Program-made: the position numbers and the translations under genes
Assembly: GCA_051362555.1 (NCBI GenBank)
Contig: CM120647.1
Location: 8,432,001 to 8,496,000 of the forward strand
DNA length: 64,000 bases
Source of the DNA: Lingula anatina
Taxonomy: Eukaryota > Animalia > Brachiopoda
Direction of reading: 5' to 3'
Shown here: positions 1 to 11,536 of the stretch, in pieces
Position numbering within the stretch: the first letter of the stretch is position 1
Layout: each line of letters starts with the position of its first letter
The notes under the pieces: generated by a model
Seen by the model: the letters and a program-made list of their open reading frames with translations, nothing else
The model's database searches: none
Told to the model about the DNA's origin: nothing

Positions 1-1900
1 CTTTACCTAACGTTTTGATTCGAACACGCTGCTCGTTTGCAGAACCGGGCGTGAGCGTTCTACAATGGATCACCACATATCTCAGCGGCATACATAAGAA
101 TGGGGTTTTACTGCTGAGTCAAATAGTTTAAATGCTTCGTTGTGGTGGAAGAACCCAAAATACGACTGATATCTCAATATAGCATTCACGGTGGAGTGTA
201 CCGACATATAAACATTGTGATAATGTATATGCATTTTTGGGAAGTGTTTCACTGCAGAGGGTCTAGTAAATCGTCAATAGAAACACATTCTATGGAACAA
301 CGAAATGCACATCTACATTCGTACTGTTACTCATAAACGTGGTAATATACCGTTCATTGCATGAGGTGAAGTTGAGACGTGGCAGTAATGTAGCTATGTT
401 ACATGTATATGGTGTGAAAGATGGCTAAGAAAAGATGTTAAGTGTATAAATGGCTTGTATACCAGGGCCATTAAGAATTCATTAGGAGTAAAGGTGACCA
501 GATCAAACCATTTTTTATCGGTGCTTGTTAAAGCACTTCTAGATCTCCCCAAGTGCCATCAACAAGGCAGTGTTTGACGTTATGATTTTAATAAGGCATT
601 AATAATACTAGTAGTCGATGGAAATGACATTGTAATGTTTGAACAAAAATGCACATTTATCGCATAATAATTGAATAAAGATGAGAACTCCTTTGGGCGA
701 TAACCCTATCTTACCTTTAAGCCTACTTTGATAAAACAAACAATAGGCCTACTATTTTTGCTCTGCAGGAGGTTTCAGGTAAACCATCCAAAACACTTTA
801 ACGATGAGCATTCAAACTGTCTTACAATGATTTACACAATCTCGAAATTATCAGGCCAGAAGGGCCTGAGAGAATTCTCCAATCCAATCGTAGGAGAAGA
901 TAAATAAATAAATAAATAAAGTTAATAATAACAATATAACCAATCATGATGACTTGAATGAGTGTGTAAATGATATACAGATTGGACGAACAACCCAAAT
1001 AACTTTGATAAGGGATCAAAACCTATCCATACATGACACACACTCATGTTGTAGACAAACAAAGGCCCTGTTGCACTCTACTGCTTATTTCTAGGTAGCT
1101 TTGATTCAATTTTTCCAGGAAGAACAACTTAGTGGATGTGTAATGTTAGTTAGTGACAGCATGCAGCGAATAAGAGCGGGGAGTGTTTTGTAGTGTTACT
1201 TTAGTTGATTGACATGACCTCATTGTACTTATAACGCAGAATGCAATGTAAACGGGGAGAACGATGTAAGAGGTGGAACGGAGAGGAATATATTGTAGAT
1301 AGCGTAGTTAGGAAGCGATAATAAAGAATATGGAAAAACATGGAAATTTTCTTGTTATTACCTCGCGCCACCAGTAAGACAAAGTCAGTAACGTCGTCAC
1401 AAATAGCCTGTTATTCTGTTAACTTACTGTGATAAAAAAGAGCACACATTTAATCCCTGGGCCTGATAGAGGGTGGCACGAGATAAGCCAAGACATGATA
1501 GCTGCTGTGCTAAGACCAGGAAACACAGTATCCTGCTCAGACAAATTAAGATTGCCGTCGAACTAGAACTATCTGTGGTATATCGACACCAAAATGTAAA
1601 AAATTAACGTGCCATTAGAAATTATCATTTCGTAACGCTGAGCTGTAAGACAGAAAGGTGAGTAAAACTTTTATTTTACAAATTTAACAGATTAAGTAGT
1701 GCGAATTCTCTATAACAACAAATTAGGAAATAGGGAATAAAACACTAATATAAGGAATGTTTTATTTTTACTGAAAGTGGTACAAACTTCAGCAACATAT
1801 AACAAATTGATTCGCTATCGGTGCAAGTATCAGAGTTATTCATGTTTATCATTCTTATTCTACTCTATGGCTAATAACATTCGCTTACAATTCCTTCATA

Positions 1901-3565
1901 CAGACTTGACATTTAATATGGAATATTTCAGTTTCGAAGGTATACCTAGGTAAAAATGCGTTCTTTTTTAAAAAAACTCCGATCTCATATAAGATTTGTG
2001 AATGGAGAACTGTGTAGTCAGGTGTGTCGCTACCAATTAACTGACTTTCATGTCTGTTGCGCTGCTACATTATGTAATATGCAGTGATTTAATTGGGTAG
2101 TGTTCCTTTGGGCTGGTCAAAGCTTGGCTTAGGCAAAGCTTGGTTCTGTCAAAAAAGTATCCATATGTCGACAACTACTGCATAGAAGAATTTGAAATTT
2201 TGCATGCAAGCGGTCAGTTTTGCAGTGTGGAAGATGAGAAAAGTAGTGCATTACAAATTTTTTTATCTATGGCAGAATGGCGCAAAAAAGACAGGCATTA
2301 CCAGACATATCATAGCGCCAAACAGAACGGTCCTCACAGTTTTATAGAGCAATGCCCAGTCTGATGTACCTACACTGAGGTCACCCCCAGTGTATCAAAA
2401 TCTTACCTATAGGGTACAGGACCCACTGTCTTTCGGGATACGCTGCTGCAACTAAACAAAAAACACTTAGTCCGTTCAGAACGAGGGGTAAATTGCCACC
2501 AAAATGCGTTTTTCAAAGCCCTTAGCGAACACCAAAGTGGGTTTAGCAGGTAAAAACACCAAACGACCTCCGAGGCACCCACTGTAAACAGCAAAACATC
2601 GTCGTCTGTTTCTCTAATGAATTGGGGGCCATGACCGTTTCTGGGTAGAACACTGAAACTGCATGGCTTTCTTTATTGAGGTTGGATTTCACCTGTACCG
2701 CCCAATTAGTCAAAACAGAGTTTACAGATATCCAGAAGAGGCCTAGGACGAAGCATATGCCGGGTCTAAAGTGAAAAGGGTGATTGACAGCGTCAGTATT
2801 TGGAGTGGATACCACATTGGCGCCAAAACACCAATGGTAGTCATCGACGAAAACCTGAACCAGATCAAATTAAGGAATAATCTCGGAACCACTTGACTAT
2901 CATTTGATAGGGGGTATCTTAGGAACAATTTTAGGTTGCACGGTGAGGTTGCAGGTTCACACAGAGCACTTTTAATAGCAGATAACTTACAGAACCAAGG
3001 GAATGAGCAGCTACCCTGGTCATCAAAATCGCCACATTTGAACCACATAGACAATATTTCGGTAGGCCATTACTCGACGAATCAACTGCCTACATGTCCT
3101 ACATCAAAACTGGACCAGATTGGACACTTTTAGACCGATGCCTGGAATATTATTCCAGATTGAACTCTAAAAACCTACCCCAAGGAATGCCTTGCCTCTT
3201 GAGAGCGCTGGCAACAGCCAGAAGAGGCCAGGCGTAACAGCGACCATTACTGTGACTTTAGCAACTGTCACGAGGGTCTTTTGTGGAGCGTATAACTCTT
3301 TTACAGACGATAATTTGGAGAATATGGAGATCCAAAATATCTCTTTTAATGGAAGTCGTATGGCATAGAATAGGCAATGTGTTTTTGTTTGCTTCTCTGG
3401 CGAATTCCATTAATGAATTGATATCACAATGACATCAAAGAGATAATTTAAAGATATTTTAAAAACACGATTTTAATCCTTATTTTCATTTATCAGTCAG
3501 CAAAATAGAAAAAACTGATAAAAAATTTCTTGGAAAAAAATATTCCATATTAAATGTCAAGTCTG
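1901..3565 (+). mobile_element. Tc1/mariner-family DNA transposon, decayed
   Basis: 28-bp perfect TIRs (CAGACTTGACATTTAATATGGAATATTT at 1901-1928; reverse complement at 3538-3565), flanked by TA on both sides; ~1.67 kb; transposase remnants inside. Confidence 0.9.
2540..3130 (+). pseudogene. Tc1-type DDE transposase remnant (stops and frameshifts)
   Basis: Fragments KRPPRHPL*TAKHRRL, SVSIWSG..KTPMVVIDENLN and SHRALLIADNLQNQGNEQLPWSSKSPHLNHIDN resemble Tc1 motifs (PH.A; LPWPSxSPDLNPIE). Confidence 0.85.
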
Positions 3566-6500
3566 TATATTGATAGCAGCCTCACGTCCTAGGTTAAAGT
3601 GAATTGAATAGATACTTTTTGCCCAAACCAATAATTGACTCATTTACCTGGACATTGTCTAGTTTTATGGAAGAAATGGGCGTGACAGAAATCGCAAAAT
3701 CATTGATTTAGTAAGACAAGGAACAAATTAACAGAAGATAAAATTTCGACTGATAATTAAACGAGCCACATGCCATTCCACTAAAATTTGGTGATTATTT
3801 TGCCATCTGTACAGGTCTTTTTTTACCAAAAAGAAAAATAACATAATCTTAATATTTTTATTCATCCATTATGCACAATTCTGAACAGTTACATTCAATT
3901 TCAATCACAATTAGTAATCATTACTTAATTAACTTAAAGGCAATGAGTTAATAAATGATAGTTTTAATGAAAGTTAAAGATTTTCCATTACTGTCTTCAT
4001 CATCTAACACCGGAAAGCATACATTCCGATAATGCTGGTCTTGTGGCCGGAAGTTGGTACCCGATGCTTGCGGGCCGTGGGGAAAAACCCGTCTAAACCC
4101 TTCGTGGGGAATGCCGGGAAAGTGCCCACGCCCGGATACGTCAGTCTTTTTATATATCATGATAACATCAATTTTTTCACTGGCACGGGGCTTTATAGTT
4201 AAAGAATATCATTCAGTTTTAGCATGGCGTGACTGAATAAACTTTCTTTCGTGACTACAAACTATTCTCTGTATGTACTATATAAAAGAAAGCACAATAG
4301 GAATTTATCAAAATTCCCAGAGAAATAAGTACTTCAGCCAATTAAGACACATTTGATCAATACTTAATCGAGACAATTTAACCGATACCAATTTCAACTT
4401 GAATGAAGTCATGAATAAAGTTTGTCAATCCTTTTACAACTGAAAGCATCCTTCAAAACTTGAACATAGTTCTACTGATAAAATACATAAAAAGTTCAGG
4501 TAATGTGATTATTACCCAGGCATCTCAACGATTCAAACTAACTTTTGACATAACTGTTTGAAAATTTGCCCTGAAATCGCAACTACATGTACCAGTATGA
4601 TACTTGTAAAGAATAAAGCAAGCTTGCTTCGACATATTTCATGTCTCACACAACACTATGACCATCCATGTAAGTTTCAATATGAATTTTTTGAGCCGGA
4701 AAGAAGGTGCATATGTGATGAAGTGGACATATTTGTCAACTATAACACTTGAGAAAATCGGAATATTAGTAATGTGCAATCCTCTATCTTGAGAGATGCC
4801 TGAATGCATCCAGCCATCCCTCATGAGGAGCAGACTGTACAAAAAATGTAATGAAATATTTTCTCAAACGTAAAATATTTCATTATAGATTTTGCACAAT
4901 CTATCAATGTAAAACCTCTTCATGTAAAAGAATTTACATCAAGTCAGATTTTTCAAAGATGTGAGGGTTAGTTGAGGTTAGTGTGCGGGTTATGATCTTC
5001 TCAAACGCTATACTGACGAACAACTCCACATCATCAAAAGCACAAATTTGAAAAATAACTACCTCACTATGATTGAAACAAAACACAAACGACCATAAGT
5101 CGTGGTAATACCAATATTTTTTGTGTTCAAAAACCAGTCTGCATTTAGAATGTGGATAAAGCAACTGGATATTCAATTTAAAATCTTAAAATAAGAATTA
5201 TAATAACTGTAGAGGCAGACTTAATTTTTTTTGTCATACAGAACTACAATTGAACACTTATAGAATTAAGAATGAGCATCCTGAACTTAAGTGCTCTCTT
5301 AAGCTACCGGAATAAAATGGTTCACCATCATAAGTGAAAAATAAAACTTACTAAATGCAATCACATTCGACTCATTCGTGACCCATGAACCGCAAAAATT
5401 CTCAATATCCAAAAGACTTGAGTACATTATTAGATAGCACCAGTTTTGTTATTACATTCAGTATATATCGTTCTTCATTATCATTCCACATTCTCTAACT
5501 TTGTTTGCAGAACAATATGTGCCCTTAAGGCTGCTAGGACGTCCGATTATCAATGAAAGTCGCCACAGAAGCTCGTTGCTAGTGCCATTAAGTGTTTCAC
5601 ATCTTGGACATTTGGCCTAGGATTGATGGTATCTGCGTTCGGGCATTATCTCTCAAAAAACTTCCCTGTTGTAGCCTGCAAATGCAATGTAACATTTTCA
5701 TACAAAAGTATGAAAAGCAATGAAGAGAAAAAGAAAGTAGAGCATAGAGTCAAAACACAGGAGAAATAGGAAAGGGTAAATGAAGAGAAAAATACAGAGT
5801 CAAAAAGAAATTTCAGGCAAAAAAGCTGGTCTACTATGACAAAACACCAGAAAAACCACACTATGGATTGAGAGAGTGCTACGATACTACAAAAAGAAAG
5901 TGACTGCAGAATAAAAGAGATAAAGGAAGGCATGTGGAACATGAAAACGCTTAATGATCTGGATCTGAACAATATAAACAGATAAAGATATATGCTCACC
6001 TGTACGATGGCCTCTTAGTACCACAACCGCAGTGCTGGGGGTAGAGGGGGGGTTAGCTCTTAGTATTTTAGACCAGTGACAACGCCACCCGTGACACTTT
6101 GAGATTGTTGAAAATCTGAAAGTTGGCCGATAGCATGTCAAAAAATGTGCATGTGTGATGGGTTTTTTTTTTTGTAAGTTCGCGACAAATTGAAAGAGCT
6201 TTTGACCTCTAAAATGTCTGCATTATGAATTTCTCAAGTAAATTGTAATAAGAAAACAAATGTCTACATTTAATGACACGACAATAGTTCCCAAATTCTT
6301 TAATTTAAAAGTGTGTCTGAGACCTTGTGCACAATGCCCAATTTGTTGAACTTGCATTGACAAAAGATTTGCAATATCTATAAAATGAATAACAGTTTAG
6401 TTCATCGTTTACCCCCTACCCTGGCCCATAACTTACTTAGAAGGGTCTCAAATCCCAGTGATGTCACACAAGGGCCCTTGAAATACTATATGCCCATATA

Positions 6501-7536
6501 GTTTTCTCCATTTTAACCCTGTTAAAGTGGACCATCTTCAGGCCAGGCGTTCGCCAATGCCTCAACTTCAAAACAATATTAAGAAGACATTAGTTTTCTC
6601 CTTTACGCCTCCCCCCCCCCCCCCAAACCCACGTACCTTCATTTTTTTATATCTGAAGTGAGGCAAGTGAGACACTGCCTTGTGAAATTGAGCTGTAAAA
6701 TTAATGTGGCAAAGTGCTTTATCTCAAAATATTTATTAGGTAAGAAAAATTACTTTAGTGCATTATTCTCTACAAAATCACGAGTTACCTGTAACGGCTT
6801 TGAAGGTTTCCATTTCAGCGAAACACCACATGCTTCTGGTGTTCCCCCATGCAGCCATCTCATAAACAGACTGGAATCTTCTTACGAAAAGTGGGAGCCC
6901 TATTAGGACATGGCATAATCGAATTCTGTAAATTAAAAGGAAAAATAGCGTTAGTTTTCCCCTCTGTACTGTCTTTGAAAAGTAGTTTCTCCTAAAAGCG
7001 TAGTTAATGGCGGAGGGAAATAATTTTTTGCGGTGACGGTGGATCGTTTCATAACAGTGCATGGCTAACGGCTTTTCGAACAGAACTTTGATATGAAAAT
7101 GAGATTAGTTGTCACGATTCTTAGGAATTCATTTCGAGTGACAGTGGGCTGCCCCATAAAAGTGCTTATAGCCTCAATGTTATCAACTTCACTCACCTCA
7201 GTTGAAATATAAATAATCAAATAGCATAAAATAGTTTTAGGAATTATGAGATGCTTGTTTTCTATCATTCTGACCTTACTTCAACATTTTGAGGTACGAA
7301 CAAAAGTGAACTGTTGTCTAGTTTGTTTATAATTTCCATTAACTGTGTATTGAAGAAAGCAGTCTACGGCGTTAGCAGTACACATAAAATAGTAATTAGT
7401 TTTAAGAGAAGAACGAAATTGCTATTATTTTATACCAGTAATAACTGGATTGCTCCATTTTAATGCTCTTCGTCTAAAATTAAAGTAATTTTAAAAAAAA
7501 CCCATATCAGTGATCTTAATGAGTAGCAATGAGTAC

Positions 7537-7700
7537 CTATGCCATGCTGACTTCACCAAACTGTGAGGAGTAAGACTTCACGTCATCGTCTGTGCTCTTC
7601 CAAGGAAACCCCAGCACTATCAGGTCGCTGTACTTCTTGCTGTCCAGCCACTTTGTTTTCACGTTGCGATTTTCCAGGGTCTCATCTCCTTTTCTTTTCT
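7537..7700 (-). pseudogene. TARDBP: Orphan TDP-43 (TARDBP)-like exon: NLS linker plus start of RRM1; last codon is TAG
   Basis: KRKGDETLENRNVKTKWLDSKKYSDLIVLGFPWKSTDDDVKSYSSQFGEVSMA* resembles TDP-43 [38 protein letters not shown]; 164 nt bounded by AG (7701-7702) and GT (7535-7536); no neighbouring TDP-43 exons recognised. Confidence 0.8.
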
Positions 7701-8144
7701 CTATCACGGCAACACATTCCAATTATTATTAAGACTTTATTGAATAACCAACACTTTGTTGTATCAATATTTCTATTATTATCTGTGTAATCAATGACTG
7801 CGACATACTAATTATTGTTTGGACAAGTAAATTTTTCAAAATGTATGAAATTAGTGTGAAGACCATATGATTTTTTCCAAGTTTTCAAAACGGCTTTTTT
7901 TTTTTAGTTTTTAACTGTTATATCGTGATTCTAAAAATGCCACTCTTGAAATTTTAGATTTGAAACTTATATTCAAATGCAATCCAATCCAAATTTAGTG
8001 AAATATGTATTCGGACCAGTGAATCCCGATTAAGACCAAAGGATTTTAAGAAAGTTTAGGTCCGAATGGCCAGTAAGGTGAAACGATAATTAAAGAACAA
8101 CTGAAAAGATCATTTTTGTCTATTTCTCGACCCAATAGCACGGG

Positions 8145-11100
8145 TTACCTTTAAGGGTTTTCAATCTCAGTGAAACACCATACGCCTTGGACGCTTCCCC
8201 GATGCAGCCATCTCGTAGATAGACCATGGCAGGAATCGCTGGACGCTTCCCCAATGCAGCCAACTCGTAGACAGACAATGGTAGGACTCGCTGGATTCTT
8301 CCCCATTGCAGCCACCTCGTAGACAACTAGCAGGACTCGCTGGACGCTTCCCCAATGCAGCCACCTCGTAGACATACCATGGCAGGACTCGCTGAATGCT
8401 TACCCATTGCAGCCACCACGTAGACACCTAGCAGGACTCGCTGGACGCTTCCCCAATGCAGCCATCTCGTAGACAGACCATGGCAGGACAGGCTGGACGC
8501 TTCCCCGTTGCAGCCACCTCATAGACAGGACGTGGCAGGACTCACTGGCACCAAGGATTGATGGACGTCGTTGAAGTGTAGATGTGGCCCTCTTCTCCTT
8601 GCACTTGTCAGTGGGAGCTCTATTGAAACAGAAAGAAAAAAGAATTAATGACTTTTTCTACCTATGTTAACACTCTGCAGTCAGGCTTACCTTTAAAGGT
8701 TTTCCATCCCAGGGAAACACCACATGCCGTCGACGCTTCCTCATTGCAACCATCTTGTAGACAGACAATGGCAGGAACTCGCTGAATGCTTACCCATTGC
8801 AGCCACCACGTAGACACCTACCAGGACTCGCTGGACGCTTCCCCAATGCAGGCATCTCGTAGACAGACCACATCAGGACTCACTGGACACTTCTCCAATA
8901 CAGCCACCTCGTAGACAGACCATAGCAGGACTCGCTGGATGCTTCCCCATTGCAGCCACCTCGTAGACAACTAGCAGGACTCGCTGGACGCTTCCCCAAG
9001 GCAGCCTATTCGTAGACAGACCATGACAGGACTCGCTGGACGCTTCCCCGTTGCAGCCACCTCATTGACAGGATGCGGCAGGACTCGCTGGCACCAAGGA
9101 TTGATGGACGTCGCTGAAGTGTAGATGTGGCCCTCTTCTCTTGCACTTGTCAGTGGGAGCTCTATTGAAACAGAAAGAAAAAAGAATTAATGACTTTTTC
9201 TACCTATGTGAACACTCTGCAGTCAGGCTTACCTTTAAAGGTTTTCCATCTCAGGGAAACGCCACATGCCGTCGACGCTTCCTAATTGCAACCATCTTGT
9301 AGACAGACCATGGCAGGACTCGCTGGACACTTCCCCAATGCAACCATCTCGTAGACAGACCACAGCAGGACTCACTGTATACTTCTCCAATGCAGCCACC
9401 TCGTAGACAGACCATGTCATGACTCACTGGACGCTTCCAAGATGCAGGGTTTTCTATAAGCAGAAAGAAAAACGGATTAATGACTTTTCCTAACTTTGTC
9501 AGCACTCTGCTGTCAGGCTTACCTTTACGAGCTCCCCATCTCAGTGAAACACCATTCGCCTGGGACGCTTCCCCATTACAGCCACCTCGTAGACAGACCA
9601 TGGCAGGACTCGCTGGACGTTTTCCCTGATGCAGCCACCTCGTAGACAGACCATGGCAGAACTCGCTGGACGCTTCCCCGTTGCAGCCACCTCATAGACA
9701 GGACGCGGCAGGACTCGCTGGCACCAAGGATTGATGGACGTCGCTGAAGTGTAGATGTGGCCCTCTTCTCCTTGCATTTGTCAGTGGGAGCTCTATTGAA
9801 ACAGAAAGAAAAAAGAATTAATGACTTTTTCTACCTATGTGAACACTCTGCAGTCAGGCTTACCTTTAAAGGTTTTCTATAAGCAGAAAGAAAAACGGAT
9901 TAATGACTTTTCCTAACTTTGTCAGCACTCTGCTGTCAGGCTTACCTTTACGAGCTCCCCATCTCAGTGAAACACCATTCGCCTGGGACGCTTCCCCATT
10001 ACAGTCACCTCGTAGACAGACCATGGTAGGACTCGCTGGACGTTTTCCCTGATGCAGCCACCTCGTAGACAGACCATGGCAGGACTCCCTGGACGCTTCC
10101 CTGATGCAGCCACCTCAGACAGACCATGGCATGACTCACTAGACGCTTCCCCGATGATGAGTGGCAGGACTGGCTGGAGGATTGGTGGATTGATGGAAGC
10201 TGATGATAGCTGATGGAAGCTGATGATAGCTCTCTTCTCCTTGCAGTTGTCAGTGGGAGCTCTATCGAGAATCGCCGTAATCGAGTTCTGTTAACAGAAG
10301 GAAAAATGGATAAATGACTTGTCCTACATATGTCTGTTAACAGAAAGAAAAAATAGATTAATTATCTTTCCCACATATGTCAGCACTCTGCAGTCAGGCT
10401 AGCCCTTAAGGGTTTTCTGTTAACAGAAATAAAAACTGTTCAATGGCTTTTCCTACATATGTTAGCACTCTGCAGTCAGGTTTACCTTTAAGGGTTTTCA
10501 TCTCGGTGAAACGCCATATGCCCGAGACGCTTCCCCATTGCAGCCATCTCGTAGAAAGACCATGGCAGGACTCGCTGGCACTGAGGATTGATCGAAGTGT
10601 AGATGTGGCCCTCCTCTCCTTGCAGTTTTCAGTGGGAGCTCTATCGAGAATCTCCATAATCGAGATCTGTTAACAGATAGAAAAACGGATTAATGACTTT
10701 TCCTACATATGGTGTCACTCTGCACTCAGTCTTACCTTTAAACGTTTTCTGTTAACAGAAAACGGATTAATGACCTTTCCTAACTATGTAAGCACTCTGC
10801 AGTCAGGATTACCTTAACGAGTTTCCCATCTCAGTGAAACACCATATGCCTTGGACGTTTCCCCATTGCAGCCATCTTGTAGATAGACAATGGCAGGACT
10901 CGCTGGACGCTTTCCCAATGCTGCCACCTTGTATACAGACCATGAGAGGACTAACTGGACGTTTCCCTAATGCAGCCACCTCGTAGACAGACCAAGGCAG
11001 GACTCGCTGGCATCAATGATTGACCGACGTGTAGATGTGGCCCTCTTCTCCTTTCAGTTGTCAGTGTTGGCTCTATCGAGAATCGCCATAATGGACTTCT

Positions 11101-11165
11101 GGTAAAAGAAAGTTAAAAGGATTAATGACTTTGCCTACCTATGTCAGCACTCTGCTTCCTGGACC
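8145..11165 (-). repeat. Complex tandem array: ~52-nt units interleaved with repeated 64-71-nt intron-like modules
   Basis: Unit GCAGGACTCGCTGGACGCTTCCCCAATGCAGCCACCTCGTAGACAGACCATG (52 nt, with 49-nt variants); GT..AG modules on the minus strand at 8620-8690, 9162-9232, 9454-9522, 9793-9863, 9877-9945, 10417-10485, 10667-10735, 10749-10812. Confidence 0.9.
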
Positions 11166-11501
11166 TGTAATAGAAGAAACCTGGAATGCATGGAAATAAA
11201 TGCAATGACACTACAAAAATAAAGCCCACAACAGCAGAAAGCCGATGACGTATCCTGCGAAGATTCCGGAGCGACGATTCCTCGTGGAGAGATGCGAAGG
11301 TTTTAGCTGGCCAGCTTAGAGAAACGTCGAATCCACCGTATAGACGACTCCGTGTGGAAGAAACAATATGTCGATGAGCGATGCGTCGTCTTGGGAAGAG
11401 GAAAAGATTCGAAGAAACGTGAGTTGACTCCTGTGTCCTTATTGCTTGATGCGGGGCGCAGTACATGGCATCCTTCTCGTTGCTCCTGGTCTGCCTGTGT
11501 T

Positions 11502-11536
11502 GAATGAACGCAATTTCAAAACCCCGCGCTTTTATA
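11502..11536 (-). promoter_or_regulatory. Pol II core promoter: TATA box plus Inr
   Basis: TATAAAAG at 11536-11529 and TCATTC at 11507-11502; the first T of TATA is 31 nt upstream of the Inr A (11505), the canonical spacing; ATGs follow at 11471 and 11466. Confidence 0.65.

Noticed and set aside
3915-4220. GC-richer block resembling ends of Crypton-type or other non-autonomous elements
   Set aside because: No second copy, TIR pair or TSD could be established within the window
5646-5999. 117-aa hydrophobic ORF
   Set aside because: Antisense reading of an A/G-rich low-complexity tract; no recognisable motif
10190-10232. CTGATGA motifs suggesting a hammerhead ribozyme or C/D-box snoRNA
   Set aside because: Part of a 20-bp local duplication; I could not place the GAAA core or the required stems
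8145-11100. CRISPR-like appearance of the 52-nt repeats, and the repeat-derived ORFs in the track
   Set aside because: Units are head-to-tail with no unique spacers, no cas genes, and the context is eukaryotic; the 52-nt period cycles frames, so the ORFs are by-products
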